From contig JALORQ010000008.1 of NCBI GenBank assembly GCA_025458805.1, positions 1-55,118 on the forward strand: a DNA stretch of 55,118 bases, written 5' to 3'. A program made the translations under genes and the position numbers. This DNA comes from Rubrivivax sp. (GTDB taxonomy: Bacteria; Pseudomonadota; Gammaproteobacteria; Burkholderiales; Burkholderiaceae_C). This document shows positions 47,479-55,118 of the stretch, one piece after another. Each line of letters begins with the position of its first letter. The first letter of the stretch is position 1. The notes under the pieces are model-generated. The model saw only the letters and a program-made list of their open reading frames with translations. It did no database searches and was not told the DNA's origin.

Positions 47479-48259
47479 TCAGGCGGCCTGCGGCTTGCCC
47501 GCCGCCGACGCGGCCAGCGAGGCCGCGAGCTCCTTGCGGTAGCGGTTGAGCTCCTGCACGCTGGTGAAGCTGCGCTCCATCAGCAGCCCCATGTTGTGCA
47601 GGATGCGCTCGACGACCTTGCCCTCCCAGGAGGCGTCGAACTGGATCTGGCGGTCGAGCCACTGCTCGAGCCACTTCGGGTCGGGCAGGCGGCTCTGGAT
47701 CGTGTCGCGCGGAAAGAGCTCCACGTTCACGTGCAGATTGGTCGGGTGCAGGGCCTGCGCGGTACGCCGCGCGCTGGCCATCAGCACGCCGACCTTGGCG
47801 AACGCTGCGCGCGCCTCGTCGCCGAAGCGGTTGAGCGCGCGCTTCATGTAGCGCAGGTAGGCGCCGCCGTGGCGCGCCTCGTCCTTGGCCAGCGTCTCGT
47901 AGATCGCCTTGATGACCGGCTCGGTGTGCCACTCGGCGGCGCGGCGGTACCAGTGGTTCAGCCGCACCTCGCCGCAGAAATGGAGCATCAGCGTCTCGAG
48001 CGGAGGCGCGGGGTCGAACTCGAAGCGGATCGCGTGCAGCTCGTCCTCGGTCGGGACGAGGTCGGGACGGAAGCGGCGCAGGTACTCCATCAGCACGAGG
48101 CTGTGCTTCTGCTCCTCGAAGAACCACACGCTCATGAACGCCGAGAAGTCGCTGTCGTCGCGGTTGTCGCGCAGGAACATCTCGGTGGCCGGCAGCGCCG
48201 CCCACTCGGTGATTCCAGCGCACGGCCTCGAGTTGCTTGAAGAGTTCGGGATACAGCAT
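47479..48259 (-). pseudogene. Ferritin-like di-iron protein (acyl-ACP-desaturase fold), frameshifted by an apparent internal deletion
   Basis: MLYPELFKQLEAVRW in one frame joins ITEWAALPATEMFLRD..EEQKH..DEARH in another frame at 48213/48214. Confidence 0.75.
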
Positions 48260-48338
48260 GGGCACCGCCTGTTGGACCCCCGATTCTAGGAACCTGGGGC
48301 ATTCTCCGGGCACCTGCGGGCGATCGTGCGCCGGTCGG

Positions 48339-49286
48339 TCAGCCGTCCTGCAGGTCGGCCCGCCATCGCCGGAGTTCGCCCGGGAGCTGGTCGAGCGAGG
48401 CCAGTGCCTCGACACCGTCGATGCGTCGCCGGTGCAGCACAGGCGCGCTGCCTCCCACCCAAAGCCGCGCCGACGGCGGCAGCTTCGCGCGCAGTTCGCC
48501 GAGGCCGTCGACGACCTGGTTCGGGTTCATGCAGCCGGTGAAGCCAAGCGCGACGACGTCGGCCCGCTGCGCCGCCGCGGCGAGCGCGATGTCCCACAGC
48601 GGCGTCTGCGGCCCGAGCGAGACACAGGGACAGCCTTCGAGCACGAAGATCGCCTCGGCCATCAGCAGCCCCAGCGCATGCGGCTCGCCGGGGAAGGTGG
48701 TGAGCAGCACCCGCGGCCGGCTGTCCGGGGCGGGCTCCGGGATTCCGGCGATGGCCTGGCGAAGCACGACCTGCGCGACTTCGGTGAACAGGTGTTCCTC
48801 GAAGACCTCCATGTGGCCGCGCAGCCAAGCATCGCCCACCGCGGCGGTGAGGGGCGCGAGGACCTCGGTGACGAAGCGGGCGACGCCGTGGCGGGACAGC
48901 TGGCGCGTCAGCTGGTTGCGCAGCGCTGGCACGTCGTGGCTGCGGACGAGGTCGAGCTGCCGGCGGATGTCGTCGTCGCTGCTCGCGAGCGGCTCCAGCG
49001 CGCGCACGACCGGCTCGCCGGCGGAGTCGCTCAGCGTCTGCAGCTCGGCGAAGGACATGGGCACGATGCGCCCCGGGCGGTGCCCGGCGTCGAGCAGCCG
49101 CTTGATCAGCCGCAGCTTCTCGACCTGATCAAGCGTGTAGGCGCGCTCGCCGATCTCGTCGCGCTCCGGCGACGGAAACCCGTAGCGGCGCTCCCAGACG
49201 CGCAGGGTGTCCTTGCTCAGACCCGTATCACGCTCGACGGCTGCAATCGAAAGCGTGATAGGGGTCACCGCGCTGCGATCATTCAT
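48339..49286 (-). CDS. litR: MerR-family CarH/LitR photoreceptor repressor with cobalamin-binding domain
   Basis: IAAVERDTGLSKDTLRVWERRYG, W-x9-EH (WLRGHMEVFEEH), GEPHALG, VGG. Confidence 0.88.
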   Translation of the reverse strand: MNDRSAVTPITLSIAAVERDTGLSKDTLRVWERRYGFPSPERDEIGERAYTLDQVEKLRLIKRLLDAGHRPGRIVPMSFAELQTLSDSAGEPVVRALEPLASSDDDIRRQLDLVRSHDVPALRNQLTRQLSRHGVARFVTEVLAPLTAAVGDAWLRGHMEVFEEHLFTEVAQVVLRQAIAGIPEPAPDSRPRVLLTTFPGEPHALGLLMAEAIFVLEGCPCVSLGPQTPLWDIALAAAAQRADVVALGFTGCMNPNQVVDGLGELRAKLPPSARLWVGGSAPVLHRRRIDGVEALASLDQLPGELRRWRADLQDG

Positions 49287-49349
49287 GGGCCGGGAGGCGC
49301 GTCGCGATGCGGGACCGCACGGCCCTCGCGCTGGCGGGCGAACGGTGGA

Positions 49350-49373
49350 TGTCCAAGACGAGCATGAGTGACA
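49350..49373. promoter_or_regulatory. Putative LitR operator TGTCCA-N12-GTGACA
   Basis: Imperfect palindrome (TGTC-N16-GACA) about 65 bp upstream of litR. Confidence 0.35.
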
Positions 49374-49637
49374 AAGGCAAACGGCATCGAATATACGTGC
49401 GCCCCGGCCGTTTGAACAGGACAGAACGTGGTCACTCTCGAAGGGCCGAAGGCGAAAGCGGCGCCGCGACCGCGGCGACAATACCCTTGCACCGACGGCG
49501 GGAATCTCGCGACCGCCCGTTGCGTGGCGATACTATTCAGTCGCGGATAGACTAATCGGTATGAATCGCAGGACCCCCGTCTCACCTCGGATCGCTGCCC
49601 GGGCGCTCGGCAGCCGCAGCGCTTGCCGCATGGAGAT

Positions 49638-49665
49638 GGAACTTTTGCGCCGCCACCGGGTCGCA
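49638..49665 (+). promoter_or_regulatory. SigmaE (ECF)-type promoter
   Basis: GGAACTT-N16-TCGCA matches the GGAACTT-N16-TCnnA consensus. Confidence 0.55.
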
Positions 49666-49670
49666 GGATG

Positions 49671-49875
49671 CAGGTCGGGCGTTCTCGAGGCGGGTCAGGC
49701 ATTCAGCCCCTGCAGCGGCCCGGCATCGCTCTTTCTGTCGCGTCGACGGGCGCTCCGCGCGCCTGCAATCCCTGGGCGCATCTCCTCCTCCTCCCTCCCT
49801 CCCTCGTTCGCCGAGGGGCGCGGCGCGACAGTCTTTTTTCCCCGAGGCACCACTTCGAGTGGTGCCTTTTTCTTT
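49671..49875 (+). ncRNA. Candidate sRNA or leader RNA with an anti-SD CU-rich tract
   Basis: Upstream promoter, hairpins, TCTCCTCCTCCTCCCTCCCTCCCT, U-rich stretch and strong terminator; 5' end inferred. Confidence 0.5.
49845..49875 (+). terminator. Intrinsic terminator
   Basis: AGGCACCACT-TCG-AGTGGTGCCT followed by TTTTCTTT. Confidence 0.85.
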
Positions 49876-49909
49876 GTCCCTGCGGCCGGCGGCCGACGGA
49901 GCTGACCGC

Positions 49910-51214
49910 ATGCGACGCGTCGCCGTCATCGGGTCGGGGATCTCTGGCCTCGCCGTGGCCTACCGGCTGGCCGGCGAGGCGCGCGTGACCCTGTTCGAGG
50001 CCGGCCGCCACTTCGGCGGCCACACCCACACCGTGGACGTGACCCTCGACGGCACCACCCACGGCGTGGACACCGGCTTCCTCGTCTTCAACCACCGCAC
50101 CTACCCGAACCTCGTGCGCCTGTTCGCCGAGCTCGAGGTCGCGACCGCGCCGTCCGACATGTCGTTCTCGGTGCAGGTGCCCCGGACCGGACTCGAGTGG
50201 AGCGGGTCGAACCTGAACACGGTGTTCGCGCAGCGCAGCAACCTGCTGCGCCCGCGGTTCCTGGGCATGCTGGCGGACATCGTGCGCTTCAACCGGCTGG
50301 CCACGGGCCTCGCGCTACGCGGCGCCGAAGGGGAACTGGCCGAGCCGATCGCCGCATTCCTCGACCGTCACGCGTTCGGCAGGCCGTTCCGCGACGGCTA
50401 TCTGCTGCCGATGATCGGCTGCATCTGGTCATGCCCGACCGACCAGATGCTGCAGTTCCCGATCGCGACGCTGATCCGCTTCTGCCACAACCACGGGCTG
50501 ATCCAGGTCAGCGATCGTCCGCAGTGGCACACCGTGCGCGGCGGCGCCCGCCACTACGTGCAGGCGATGCTGCGAAGGATCGAGGACGCGCGCCTGCACA
50601 CGCCGGTACGCGAAGTGCGGCGGCTCGCCGCCCCCGGCGGCGGTGTGTTGGTCGCGACGGCGCGCGGCAGCGAGCGCTTCGACGACGTCGTGCTGGCTTG
50701 TCACAGCGACCAGAGCCTCGCGCTGCTGACCGATCCCACGGCCGACGAGCGCTCCGTGCTCGGCGCCATCCGCTACCACCCGAACGAGGCGGTGCTGCAC
50801 ACCGACGCCACCGTGCTGCCGCGGCGGCGGCTTGCCTGGGCGGCGTGGAACTACGAGCGCGCTGCCGATGCGGGTCGCGAGCAGGCGGCGGTCTGCCTGC
50901 ACTACCTGATCAACCGGCTGCAGCCACTGCCCTGGCCGCAGCCCGTGGTGGTGTCGCTGAATCCGGTGCGGCCGATCGACGAGTCGCGGATCGTCGCGCG
51001 CATCGACTACAGCCATCCCGTGTTCGACCTCGCGGCGATCGAGGCCCAGCGCCGACTCCCTGCGATCCAGGGCCGCCGGAACATCTGGTTCTGCGGCGCC
51101 TGGACGCGCTACGGTTTCCACGAGGACGGGCTCGCCTCCGGGCTGGCGGTCGTGCAGCGGCTGCGCGAGTCCTGGCAGCAAGAGACGCGGGCTGCCGAGC
51201 CCGCAGCGGCCTGA
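49910..51214 (+). CDS. FAD-dependent oxidoreductase (UfaD/RSP1091-like fatty-acid desaturase)
   Basis: VIGSGISGL, GGHTHT, VDTGFLVFNHRTYPN, AAWNY, YSHP, GFHEDG. Confidence 0.88.
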   Translation: MRRVAVIGSGISGLAVAYRLAGEARVTLFEAGRHFGGHTHTVDVTLDGTTHGVDTGFLVFNHRTYPNLVRLFAELEVATAPSDMSFSVQVPRTGLEWSGSNLNTVFAQRSNLLRPRFLGMLADIVRFNRLATGLALRGAEGELAEPIAAFLDRHAFGRPFRDGYLLPMIGCIWSCPTDQMLQFPIATLIRFCHNHGLIQVSDRPQWHTVRGGARHYVQAMLRRIEDARLHTPVREVRRLAAPGGGVLVATARGSERFDDVVLACHSDQSLALLTDPTADERSVLGAIRYHPNEAVLHTDATVLPRRRLAWAAWNYERAADAGREQAAVCLHYLINRLQPLPWPQPVVVSLNPVRPIDESRIVARIDYSHPVFDLAAIEAQRRLPAIQGRRNIWFCGAWTRYGFHEDGLASGLAVVQRLRESWQQETRAAEPAAA

Positions 51215-51219
51215 ACGCC

Positions 51220-51999
51220 GTGGTGGCAACGGACTCGGGCGCGGCCCCGCGCGTCGGTGCGCTCATCGCGTTCGGCCAGGTGCGCCACCGCCGACTGCGG
51301 CCGGCGCGCCACGCCTTCTCGGCGTCGACCTACTTCCTGCTGCTGCCGATGCGGCGCCTGCGCGCGCAGCCCGAGCCGGCGCTGCGGCGCAATCGCTTCG
51401 GCTGGCTGTCGTTCCACGACCGCGACCACGGCGACGGGCGCGACGATGCGCTGGGCTGGCTCGACGAACTGCTGCGCGCCGAGGGCATCGACGACGCCGA
51501 CGGCGAGGCCTGGCTGCAGACCTACCCGCGCGTGCTCGGCTATGCATTCAAGCCGGTGAGCTTCTGGTACTGCGAGCGGCGCGACGGCACGCTGGCCGCC
51601 ATCGTCGCCGAGGTCAACAACACCTTCGGCGAGCGGCACTGCTACCTGCTGGCCGGCGACGGGCTGGGCTGGGGACGCGAACTGGCCGCGCACAAGGTCT
51701 TCCACGTCTCGCCCTTCTGCCGCGTCGCGGGCCGCTATCGCTTCCGCTTCATGCGCGCCCACGACCGCTGCATCGCGCGCGTCGATCACGACGACGAGGC
51801 CGGTCCGCTGCTCGAGACCAGCGTGTCCGGCCGGCTCGAGCCCCTCACCGCCGAGAGCGCGCGGCGCGCCATCTTCGGCATGCCGCTGATGACGCTGGGC
51901 GTGATCGCGCGCATCCACTGGCACGCGCTGCGGCTGTGGGCCAAGCGCGTCCCGTTCTTCTCCAAGCCTGCCCCGCCGCAGGCTTTCACGACCCGTTGA
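51220..51999 (+). CDS. DUF1365 protein (UfaO/RSP1090-like)
   Basis: VRHRRLRP, PRVLGYAFKPVSFWYC, AEVNNTFGERHCY, KVFHVSPF, IHWHALRLWAK. Confidence 0.9.
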   Translation: MVATDSGAAPRVGALIAFGQVRHRRLRPARHAFSASTYFLLLPMRRLRAQPEPALRRNRFGWLSFHDRDHGDGRDDALGWLDELLRAEGIDDADGEAWLQTYPRVLGYAFKPVSFWYCERRDGTLAAIVAEVNNTFGERHCYLLAGDGLGWGRELAAHKVFHVSPFCRVAGRYRFRFMRAHDRCIARVDHDDEAGPLLETSVSGRLEPLTAESARRAIFGMPLMTLGVIARIHWHALRLWAKRVPFFSKPAPPQAFTTR

Positions 52000-52026
52000 C
52001 CCGGCTGCCCTGCCGGACCGCACGCC

Positions 52027-53268
52027 ATGACCCACACCAGCACCGCGACCCGCCCAGCGACCCGCGACCTGCCCGCACCCGAGGGCGCACCGGCCGCCGC
52101 CCGGACCGTCCTGCGCCTTCTCGAGCGACTGTCGGTCGGCACGCTCGACGCGCAGCTTCCGGACGGCACGCAACGCCGCTTCGGCCGCGGCGCCGACGGC
52201 GAGCCGCGCGCGGCCCTGCGCCTTCTCGACTGGAGCGTGTGCGCCGCCGCGCTGAAGAGCGGCGACATCGGCTTCGCCGAGGCCTACATCGAAGGCCGGT
52301 GGACGACGCCGGACCTGGTGGGCCTTCTGCGGCTGTTCCTCGCCAACCGCGATGCGATCGAGCAGGTGATCTATGGCCGCTGGTGGGGCTCGCTGCTGTA
52401 TCGGGTGAGGCACCTGCTCCACCGCAACACGCGGACCGGCAGCCGCAAGAACATCCACGCCCACTACGACCTGGGCAATCCGTTCTACCGTCTCTGGCTC
52501 GACGAGACGATGAACTACTCGAGCGCGCTGTTCGACGGCGACCTGAGCCGGCCCACCGCGGAGGCCCAGGTCGCGAAGGTGCGGCGCGCGCTGCGGGAAG
52601 TGCGCCTCGAGCCAGGCCAGCGGCTGCTCGAGATCGGCTGCGGCTGGGGCGCGCTGGCCGAGACCGCCGCCCGCGAGCACGACGCGCACGTCACCGGCGT
52701 GACGCTGTCCACCGAGCAGCTCGACTACGCGCGCGATCGGCTGACGCGCACCGGGCTCGGGTCGCGTGCCGACCTGCGCCTGCAGGACTACCGCGACATC
52801 GCCGACGGGCCGTTCGACGCGATCGCGTCGATCGAGATGTTCGAGGCCGTCGGGCGCGAGTACTGGGGCGGCTACTTCGCGACGCTGCGCCGCAACCTGA
52901 AGCGCGGGGGCCGCGCCTGCATCCAGACGATCACGATCCGCGACGATCTGTTCGAGCGCTACGCGCGTTCGACCGACTTCATCCAGCAGTACATCTTCCC
53001 GGGCGGACTGCTGCCGAGCGACGCCGCGTTCCGCGCGGAAGCGGCGAAGGCCGGCCTCGCGGTCGAGAATGCGCTCGCGTTCGGCGGCGACTACGCCGAG
53101 ACGCTGCGTCGCTGGCGCGTGCAGTTCCTGTCCCGCGACCGCCAGGTGCGCAAGCTCGGCTTCGACGAGCGCTTCCTGCGCATCTGGGAGTTCTACCTTG
53201 CCTACTGCGAAGCCGCGTTCGCGACCGGCAACACCGACGTCGTGCAGTACACGCTGCGTCGCGACTGA
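52027..53268 (+). CDS. cfa: Cyclopropane-fatty-acyl-phospholipid synthase family methyltransferase (UfaM-like)
   Basis: NIHAHYDLGN, LEIGCGWG, SIEMFEAVG, FIQQYIFPGG, WEFYLAYCEAAF. Confidence 0.93.
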   Translation: MTHTSTATRPATRDLPAPEGAPAAARTVLRLLERLSVGTLDAQLPDGTQRRFGRGADGEPRAALRLLDWSVCAAALKSGDIGFAEAYIEGRWTTPDLVGLLRLFLANRDAIEQVIYGRWWGSLLYRVRHLLHRNTRTGSRKNIHAHYDLGNPFYRLWLDETMNYSSALFDGDLSRPTAEAQVAKVRRALREVRLEPGQRLLEIGCGWGALAETAAREHDAHVTGVTLSTEQLDYARDRLTRTGLGSRADLRLQDYRDIADGPFDAIASIEMFEAVGREYWGGYFATLRRNLKRGGRACIQTITIRDDLFERYARSTDFIQQYIFPGGLLPSDAAFRAEAAKAGLAVENALAFGGDYAETLRRWRVQFLSRDRQVRKLGFDERFLRIWEFYLAYCEAAFATGNTDVVQYTLRRD

Positions 53269-53284
53269 TTCCGGGGAGCCGACG

Positions 53285-53866
53285 ATGACCCGACCCGTGC
53301 CCGTCTCGCGCCGCCGCGCGCTCGCGCTGCTTCCCGCGGCGGCCCTCGCGCCGCTGGCCGCCGATGCCGCCTCCCCGCCGCCCGAGGTGGCCGCCGAGCT
53401 GCCCGGCGCACGGCTCCAGGGCAGCGGAAGGCTGCGCTTCCTGGGCCTGAGCGTCTACGACGCCCGGCTGTGGGCGCCGTCCGAGGGCACGCTGGCACCG
53501 GCGACCTGGCCGCGCAGCCCGCTCGCGCTCGAACTGGTGTACCAGCGCAGCCTCGACGGCGACGCCATCGCCGAGCGCTCGCTCGACGAAATGCGGCGGC
53601 AGGCGGAGATCCCCTCCGATCGCGGCACGGCATGGCTGGACGCGATGCGGCGCGCCTTCCCCGACGTGCGCCAGGGCGACCGGCTGACCGGCGTCAAGCG
53701 GCCCGGGCGTTCGGCCCGCTTCTTCGCCAACGGCCGGCTCACCGCCGAGGTCGAGGACGCCGATTTCGCGCGCCTCTTCTTCGGCATCTGGCTGTCCGAG
53801 AAGACGTCGCAGCCCGCCCTGCGCGACGCCCTGCTCGGCGCGCAGCGCCCCGGGACCGGCGCATGA
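53285..53866 (+). CDS. Chalcone-isomerase-like (fatty-acid-binding fold) protein, Tat-like signal
   Basis: SRRRAL, GRLRFLGLSVYDARLW, FPDVRQGD, FFGIWLSEKTSQPALRDALLG. Confidence 0.85.
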   Translation: MTRPVPVSRRRALALLPAAALAPLAADAASPPPEVAAELPGARLQGSGRLRFLGLSVYDARLWAPSEGTLAPATWPRSPLALELVYQRSLDGDAIAERSLDEMRRQAEIPSDRGTAWLDAMRRAFPDVRQGDRLTGVKRPGRSARFFANGRLTAEVEDADFARLFFGIWLSEKTSQPALRDALLGAQRPGTGA

Positions 53867-55118
53867 CCACGCTGGCCGCCGGCGCCTGGCGCGGCGGCTG
53901 GCGCGACGGCATCGCCTACGGCGGGCTCGGCCTGCCGCTGGCCTTCGTCGCGCTGCCGCTGTACGTGGTGCTGCCCAACCACTACGCCAGCGAATTCGGC
54001 ATCCCGCTGGCCACGCTCGGGCTGCTTCTGCTCGGGGTGCGGCTGTTCGACGCCTTCGTCGATCCGTGGATCGGGCGCTGGGCCGACGGCTGGTTCGCCC
54101 ATTCGGCGGCCCGGGTGCTGGCGGTCGCGCTGGGCGCCTCGGTCGTGCTCGCGGTGGCGTTCCGCGCGCTGTTCTTTCCGGCGGTCGAGGGGCTCGGCCC
54201 GCTGCTCTGGTGGTGCGCCGTCACGCTGGCCGTCGCCTACTTCAGCTTCAGCGTGCTCAGCGTGGTCCACCAGGCCTGGGGCGCGCGCCTGGGCGGCGAC
54301 GAGGGCCAGCGCGCGCGCATCGTCTCGTGGCGCGAGGGGCTGGCGCTGGTCGGCGTGCTGATCGCCAGCGTCCTGCCGTCGACCGCGGGGCTGGGAGTGA
54401 CGAGCATCGTCTTCGCGGTGCTGCTGCTCGCCGCCGTCTCGCTGCTGCGCCTGGCACCGCGCGCGACACGCCCCGCCGCCCGCGCGGCCGCACCGGCGCT
54501 GTCGATGCGCGAGCCGCTGGCGACGCCGGACTTCCGCCGCCTGCTCGCGATCTACCTCGTCAACGGGGTGGCCAGCGCGGTGCCGGCGACGCTGGTGCTC
54601 TTCTTCATCCGCGACCGCCTCGACGCGCAGGCCTTCGAGCCGCTCTTCCTCGCCGGCTACTTTGCCGCGGGCGCGCTGTCGATGCCGCTGTGGGTCAGGG
54701 CCGTGGCGCGCTTCGGCCTGGCGCGCGCGTGGCTGGCCGGCATGCTGCTCGCGATCGCCAGCTTCGTCTGGGCGGCGCTGCTCGGCAGCGGTGACGTGGT
54801 GGCGTACATGGCGGTGTGCATCGCCAGCGGCGTCGCGCTCGGCGCCGACCTCACGCTGCCGGGCGCGCTGCTGGCGGGTGTGATCCAGCGTGCCGGCCAC
54901 GGCGGTCGCCTCGAGGGCGCCTACTTCGGCTGGTGGAACTTCGCCACCAAGCTCAACCTGGCGCTGGCCGCCGGCATCGCGCTGCCGCTGCTCGAGGCCT
55001 TCGGCTATACCGCCGGCAGCCGCAGCCCCGAGGCCTTGCAGGCGCTGACCATCGCCTACTGCCTGCTGCCCTGCGTGCTCAAGCTGGCCGCGGCCGGCCT
55101 GCTGGCCACCCTGTGGAT
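53863..55118 (+). CDS. MFS transporter (GPH/MelB-like), truncated by the window end
   Basis: YGGLGLPLAFVALPLYV, RLFDAFVDPWIG, EGAYFGWWNFATKL; the frame stays open to the end of the window. Confidence 0.88.
   Translation, partial: MTTLAAGAWRGGWRDGIAYGGLGLPLAFVALPLYVVLPNHYASEFGIPLATLGLLLLGVRLFDAFVDPWIGRWADGWFAHSAARVLAVALGASVVLAVAFRALFFPAVEGLGPLLWWCAVTLAVAYFSFSVLSVVHQAWGARLGGDEGQRARIVSWREGLALVGVLIASVLPSTAGLGVTSIVFAVLLLAAVSLLRLAPRATRPAARAAAPALSMREPLATPDFRRLLAIYLVNGVASAVPATLVLFFIRDRLDAQAFEPLFLAGYFAAGALSMPLWVRAVARFGLARAWLAGMLLAIASFVWAALLGSGDVVAYMAVCIASGVALGADLTLPGALLAGVIQRAGHGGRLEGAYFGWWNFATKLNLALAAGIALPLLEAFGYTAGSRSPEALQALTIAYCLLPCVLKLAAAGLLATLW

Noticed and set aside
49480-49880. Cobalamin riboswitch next to the B12-binding regulator
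   Set aside because: Only an isolated GGGAA is present; no B12 box (GCCACTG, AGCCAG-AGACC) was seen
49561-49988. 114-aa and 121-aa ORFs in the litR-ufa spacer
   Set aside because: Atypical codon usage, no recognisable family, and they run through a strong terminator; an RNA explanation fits better, though a small peptide is not excluded

Overview
High-GC (roughly 70%+) chromosomal segment of a Burkholderiales betaproteobacterium (Rubrivivax/Sphaerotilus-like, inferred from gene content). I saw no mobile elements, CRISPR arrays or rRNA. Left to right it holds: an AhpD/CMD plus redoxin pair; tRNA-Phe; rsmB-DUF4390-ntrY-ntrX; proA-lemA; a complete sulfur-oxidation region (ArsR, His/Cys cytochrome c, TlpA and SoxH; fccAB; soxCDYZAXB, dsrE, yeeE and cytochrome c4); folE-BLUF; an AEC transporter; topB divergent from SET-birA; a divergent GlyGly-CTERM S8 protease and PEP-CTERM protein; tkt, a tandem TonB-C protein and gap; hemerythrin, murU, phoX, ubiH and nit; glnE, rhombosortase, EamA and GST; a frameshifted ferritin-like desaturase; and a CarH/LitR B12 photoreceptor divergent from a furan/cyclopropane fatty-acid operon. 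The best novelty candidates are: (i) an unannotated ~200-nt RNA in the litR-ufa spacer with a sigmaE-type promoter, an anti-Shine-Dalgarno CU tract and a strong terminator; (ii) a SoxH-TlpA-His/Cys cytochrome-ArsR module that shares an operator-like motif with the soxC promoter; (iii) folE-BLUF carrying a PpsR-type box and lying head-to-tail with sox; (iv) a secreted, Cys-stapled tandem TonB-C protein. All family calls come from motif recognition by eye, not from database searches.
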